DNA of 61,011 bases from contig JALJPA010000003.1 of assembly GCA_022969215.1 (NCBI GenBank), positions 1-61,011 of the forward strand, written 5' to 3'. Below are positions 58,252 to 61,011 of the stretch, in pieces. The notes beneath the pieces are model-generated. The model saw nothing but the letters and a program-made list of their open reading frames with translations. It did not search any database and was not told the origin of the DNA. The DNA is from Colwellia sp. (GTDB taxonomy: Bacteria; Pseudomonadota; Gammaproteobacteria; Enterobacterales; Alteromonadaceae). The translations under genes were made by a program, and so were the position numbers. Numbering within the stretch: position 1 is the first letter of the stretch; each line of letters opens with the position of its first letter.

Positions 58252-61011
58252 TTATCCTGCTGGCGCCAGTGAACAGCTAATATTACTTGCAGAAGCGGCA
58301 AGAGCTTGTACTTTACCGATAATGAGACGATTAGCAGCAAGCTGGTCATCACTTAATAGTGCCTGCTGAATATTACGGCTTCGCTCCTGCGCTAAGTTGA
58401 CCAACATATTATTATCAACCACTACCTTTGCTAATAATGCCGGTTCAACTTGCTCTATTTTCCAGCGGACTAAAGCATCGACTGCCATACTTGGCGCTTC
58501 ACTAAAGTTATACCCTTGACCATAGCTTTGACTATAGGCACTTTCTAATGCAGCTAAGCGTTGGCTATTATTTAGCTCTGCAGCATTTGGGTTAATATTT
58601 TGTGTGAATATTTGTTGTTTTAGCGCTTCGCTATCTTGCGGATGATAACAGCCAGTAACTTCTAGCTGTAATTCAGGTCTTTGTAGTAAGGCTTGTTTCA
58701 GCAAGTTTAACCGAATAATCATAGCTTCATCTGGCGTAGCGTTGCCAGCAATAAACTCAATAGCGCCTAAATCTTCTTCACTATCAACTAAGCCAGCTAA
58801 CAAGCTAAAGGGTGAAGCGACGGCTTTAATAATTAAGTTGCCTAATGTCTGCCAGACAAGTTTACCGTAACTAAAATCAGGATCACTAAGGTTACCGCTT
58901 ATTGGCATATCAATATGAATTTCATCTTTACTGTCTTTTAATAAGCTCACGGCTAGACCAATAGGGAGACTCGTTGCCTGTTCACTTACTACGTCATCGC
59001 CCAAATGAAATTGGTCGATAAAAATAGTGTTTTCGGCAGTAAGCTCTTGATCTTCAATGAGGTATTTTACGTTCAGGTTGAGCTTACCTTTATCAATCTC
59101 ACGGCCAACATAAGTGCCTGAGAAGGGAGTAAAGTCGCTCATTTGCAGGTCATTTAACACTAGATTGAAATTGGTATATAAGCTTTCAGAGAGTAAATTA
59201 ACACTACCGGTTAATTTAAGCGGCGCAAACTGATTTATCTTACCTTGTAAATCAATAGTTGCTCGGCTATTCACTTTACTCGACAGCCCCTTAATTGTTG
59301 CTTGTAGCGGCTCTATACGCATTTTATAACGTGGACTAACAGAGTAATCGCTATAAACCACAGCAGAGGAGTTTAGTTGAAAATGTTTAAGGTTAATTAC
59401 TGCCGAATTACCGGCGTCTGCTGCGTCATGACGGCGTTCCATACGCTCTTTACGAATGCTTGCTACATTCATTATACCTGCTTTGTTACGCTGAGCGTTG
59501 AGCCATAATTTATCAATAGTGACCTTATCTATGTCTATGGTGTTTTCTGGCTGTGCAATATTAATGCCTTGAACTGAAACTTTATTAATACGTATATAAT
59601 CATCATCTTTGTCTGTAACTCGGCTACGCCAGGTATTTAATGCCATGTCGCCAGTAATATGCAGTTTTTCCGGGCTGGCAGGTGTTGAAAGTTTGGCGGC
59701 AAGTGCTTCGACATAAGTAAGCTTTAATTTGGCATCAAAATTACCGGCAATAAGCTCTGAAATAATCCATTGATGCATATAAGGTTCAATACTCAGTAGC
59801 GGCACCGTTTCTGCGTTAAAGTTGAGTTTGGCTGTTAGCGGATATAAGGACAGCTCTCCATTGGCGGAAATATTACCACTTTGTTCAACAACCGCTGAAA
59901 AGTCTAAGGGGAACATAGCCTCTGCTTGTAAGCTGAACTTAGTTAAGTTCATATTAATAGCCGTTAAATGTACCTGGGTTGCTACATCCGTGGTGTTATC
60001 GGTCAGTTTTAACTGATTATTTACTAAGCTTATTTTATCAATAGCTAGTTGCAGTTTTTGTGGTGCAGCGGTGTTACTTGCTGGTTTAGGGCTTCCTTCA
60101 TTAGGGCTATCTTGGTTAGTGCTTGGCGGTAACATTTGTAGTAAGTTCAGCTCTCCGCTTTTACTGCGAATGACATTTATTAAGCTGTCAGTAAGAACAA
60201 CTTCTTCTAGTGTTACTTGGTTTTCTGGTAATGAATAATTAAGACCATTGATGGCAAGGCTGTTTAATTGCACATCATCAATGTTGGCGGCTTTTTGTTT
60301 AATGAATAAGTTAGTAAACAACAGGTTGGTATTCTTGATCTTAAGTATCATCTCTGGTTGAGAGAGATCTACGGCATATTCGGCACTGATATTTAATTCA
60401 CCTGAGCTAAGCGCAGTTGGAAAGTCCTCTTGAAAATATTGGTACAGGGTTGGCAGGTCAATACCGTCTATTTTAATTTTACCGGAAGAGCGTAATGGTA
60501 AAATAGTGACATGACCTTGCCATTCAAGGCTAGAGCCAATAACACCACCGGCAGAGGTTGCTTTTAGCTTATAGGGACTATTTAACTCTCGTTGTGTGGT
60601 GAAGTTATTCAGTTCAATAGTTAATGGGCCAACGTTGGCATCAAATGGCTCTTGTTTAGCATGGTCGGTAAAGCGTAAATTTAATTGCTCAATATTTAAA
60701 CGCGAGATTAGGATCTCTGGAATAGCACTTTCTTCCGCACTCTCTTCAGCATTTTTTGTAGTTTTTGTGCTGCTTTGCGAGCCAATAAGTTCATCAAAGT
60801 TACTACTGTTATCTTGGTATATCTGGTAGTGCAAGTGTGGGGCTTCTAGGTTGAATTCATCAAAAGTCCATAACCAACGAAATAGTGAGGACATTTGGAA
60901 ATTGACAAATAAGCGCTTAAATCCGGTAAAATCGTCACCATTTTTATCGAGTATTTTTAATTGTTTAACTTCAAGGGATAAGTAAAAGGGGTTGATATCA
61001 ATATCTGCCAC
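58252..61011 (-). CDS. DUF748 domain-containing AsmA-like protein (N-terminus beyond window)
   Basis: Repeated beta-taco segments (NFDEL, GELNL, GIMNV), FTPFSGTYVG..IDKGKL, LPIGLAVSLLKD, ISGNLSDPDF, SPFSLL, LAQERS. Confidence 0.82.
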   Translation of the reverse strand: MADIDINPFYLSLEVKQLKILDKNGDDFTGFKRLFVNFQMSSLFRWLWTFDEFNLEAPHLHYQIYQDNSSNFDELIGSQSSTKTTKNAEESAEESAIPEILISRLNIEQLNLRFTDHAKQEPFDANVGPLTIELNNFTTQRELNSPYKLKATSAGGVIGSSLEWQGHVTILPLRSSGKIKIDGIDLPTLYQYFQEDFPTALSSGELNISAEYAVDLSQPEMILKIKNTNLLFTNLFIKQKAANIDDVQLNSLAINGLNYSLPENQVTLEEVVLTDSLINVIRSKSGELNLLQMLPPSTNQDSPNEGSPKPASNTAAPQKLQLAIDKISLVNNQLKLTDNTTDVATQVHLTAINMNLTKFSLQAEAMFPLDFSAVVEQSGNISANGELSLYPLTAKLNFNAETVPLLSIEPYMHQWIISELIAGNFDAKLKLTYVEALAAKLSTPASPEKLHITGDMALNTWRSRVTDKDDDYIRINKVSVQGINIAQPENTIDIDKVTIDKLWLNAQRNKAGIMNVASIRKERMERRHDAADAGNSAVINLKHFQLNSSAVVYSDYSVSPRYKMRIEPLQATIKGLSSKVNSRATIDLQGKINQFAPLKLTGSVNLLSESLYTNFNLVLNDLQMSDFTPFSGTYVGREIDKGKLNLNVKYLIEDQELTAENTIFIDQFHLGDDVVSEQATSLPIGLAVSLLKDSKDEIHIDMPISGNLSDPDFSYGKLVWQTLGNLIIKAVASPFSLLAGLVDSEEDLGAIEFIAGNATPDEAMIIRLNLLKQALLQRPELQLEVTGCYHPQDSEALKQQIFTQNINPNAAELNNSQRLAALESAYSQSYGQGYNFSEAPSMAVDALVRWKIEQVEPALLAKVVVDNNMLVNLAQERSRNIQQALLSDDQLAANRLIIGKVQALAASASNISCSLAPAG

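Noticed and set aside
1-61011. CRISPR arrays, IS elements, prophage or anti-phage defence genes
   Set aside because: No regularly spaced repeats, transposase/integrase motifs or recognisable defence domains seen.

Overview
AT-rich gammaproteobacterial chromosome segment; gene content and synteny suggest Colwelliaceae/Alteromonadales (inference). All family names were assigned by eye from motifs and gene order; no database search was run. (1) 1-36.9 kb is an exosortase A (XrtA)/PEP-CTERM-associated exopolysaccharide locus. It has prsK (5'-truncated) and prsR, a minus-strand export arm (Wza, chain-length determinant, tyrosine autokinase, outer-membrane barrel, ExeA-like ATPase), and a long plus-strand biosynthetic operon. 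The operon's variable distal half is rich in tailoring enzymes: two extra deacetylases, three ATP-grasp ligases, a methyltransferase and two beta-helix proteins. It is followed by manC and a convergent ExoH-like acyltransferase. (2) 37.5-45.5 kb holds a Tag-like glycosylase, prlC, gor, a chemoreceptor, a DUF4399 protein and a lipoprotein. (3) 45.8-52.1 kb is a heavy-metal RND efflux operon (czcCBA-like). It is preceded by a 115-aa signal-peptide, His/Cys-rich ORF ending in RPPIS, whose stop-codon region can base-pair with the czcC ribosome-binding site. This is the best candidate for an undescribed system: a metal-sensing ribosome-arrest leader controlling translation. (4) 52.7-61 kb holds polA (two DnaA boxes upstream), an orphan solute-binding protein, an SLC13 permease and a truncated DUF748 protein. 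No rRNA, tRNA, CRISPR array or intact mobile element was seen.
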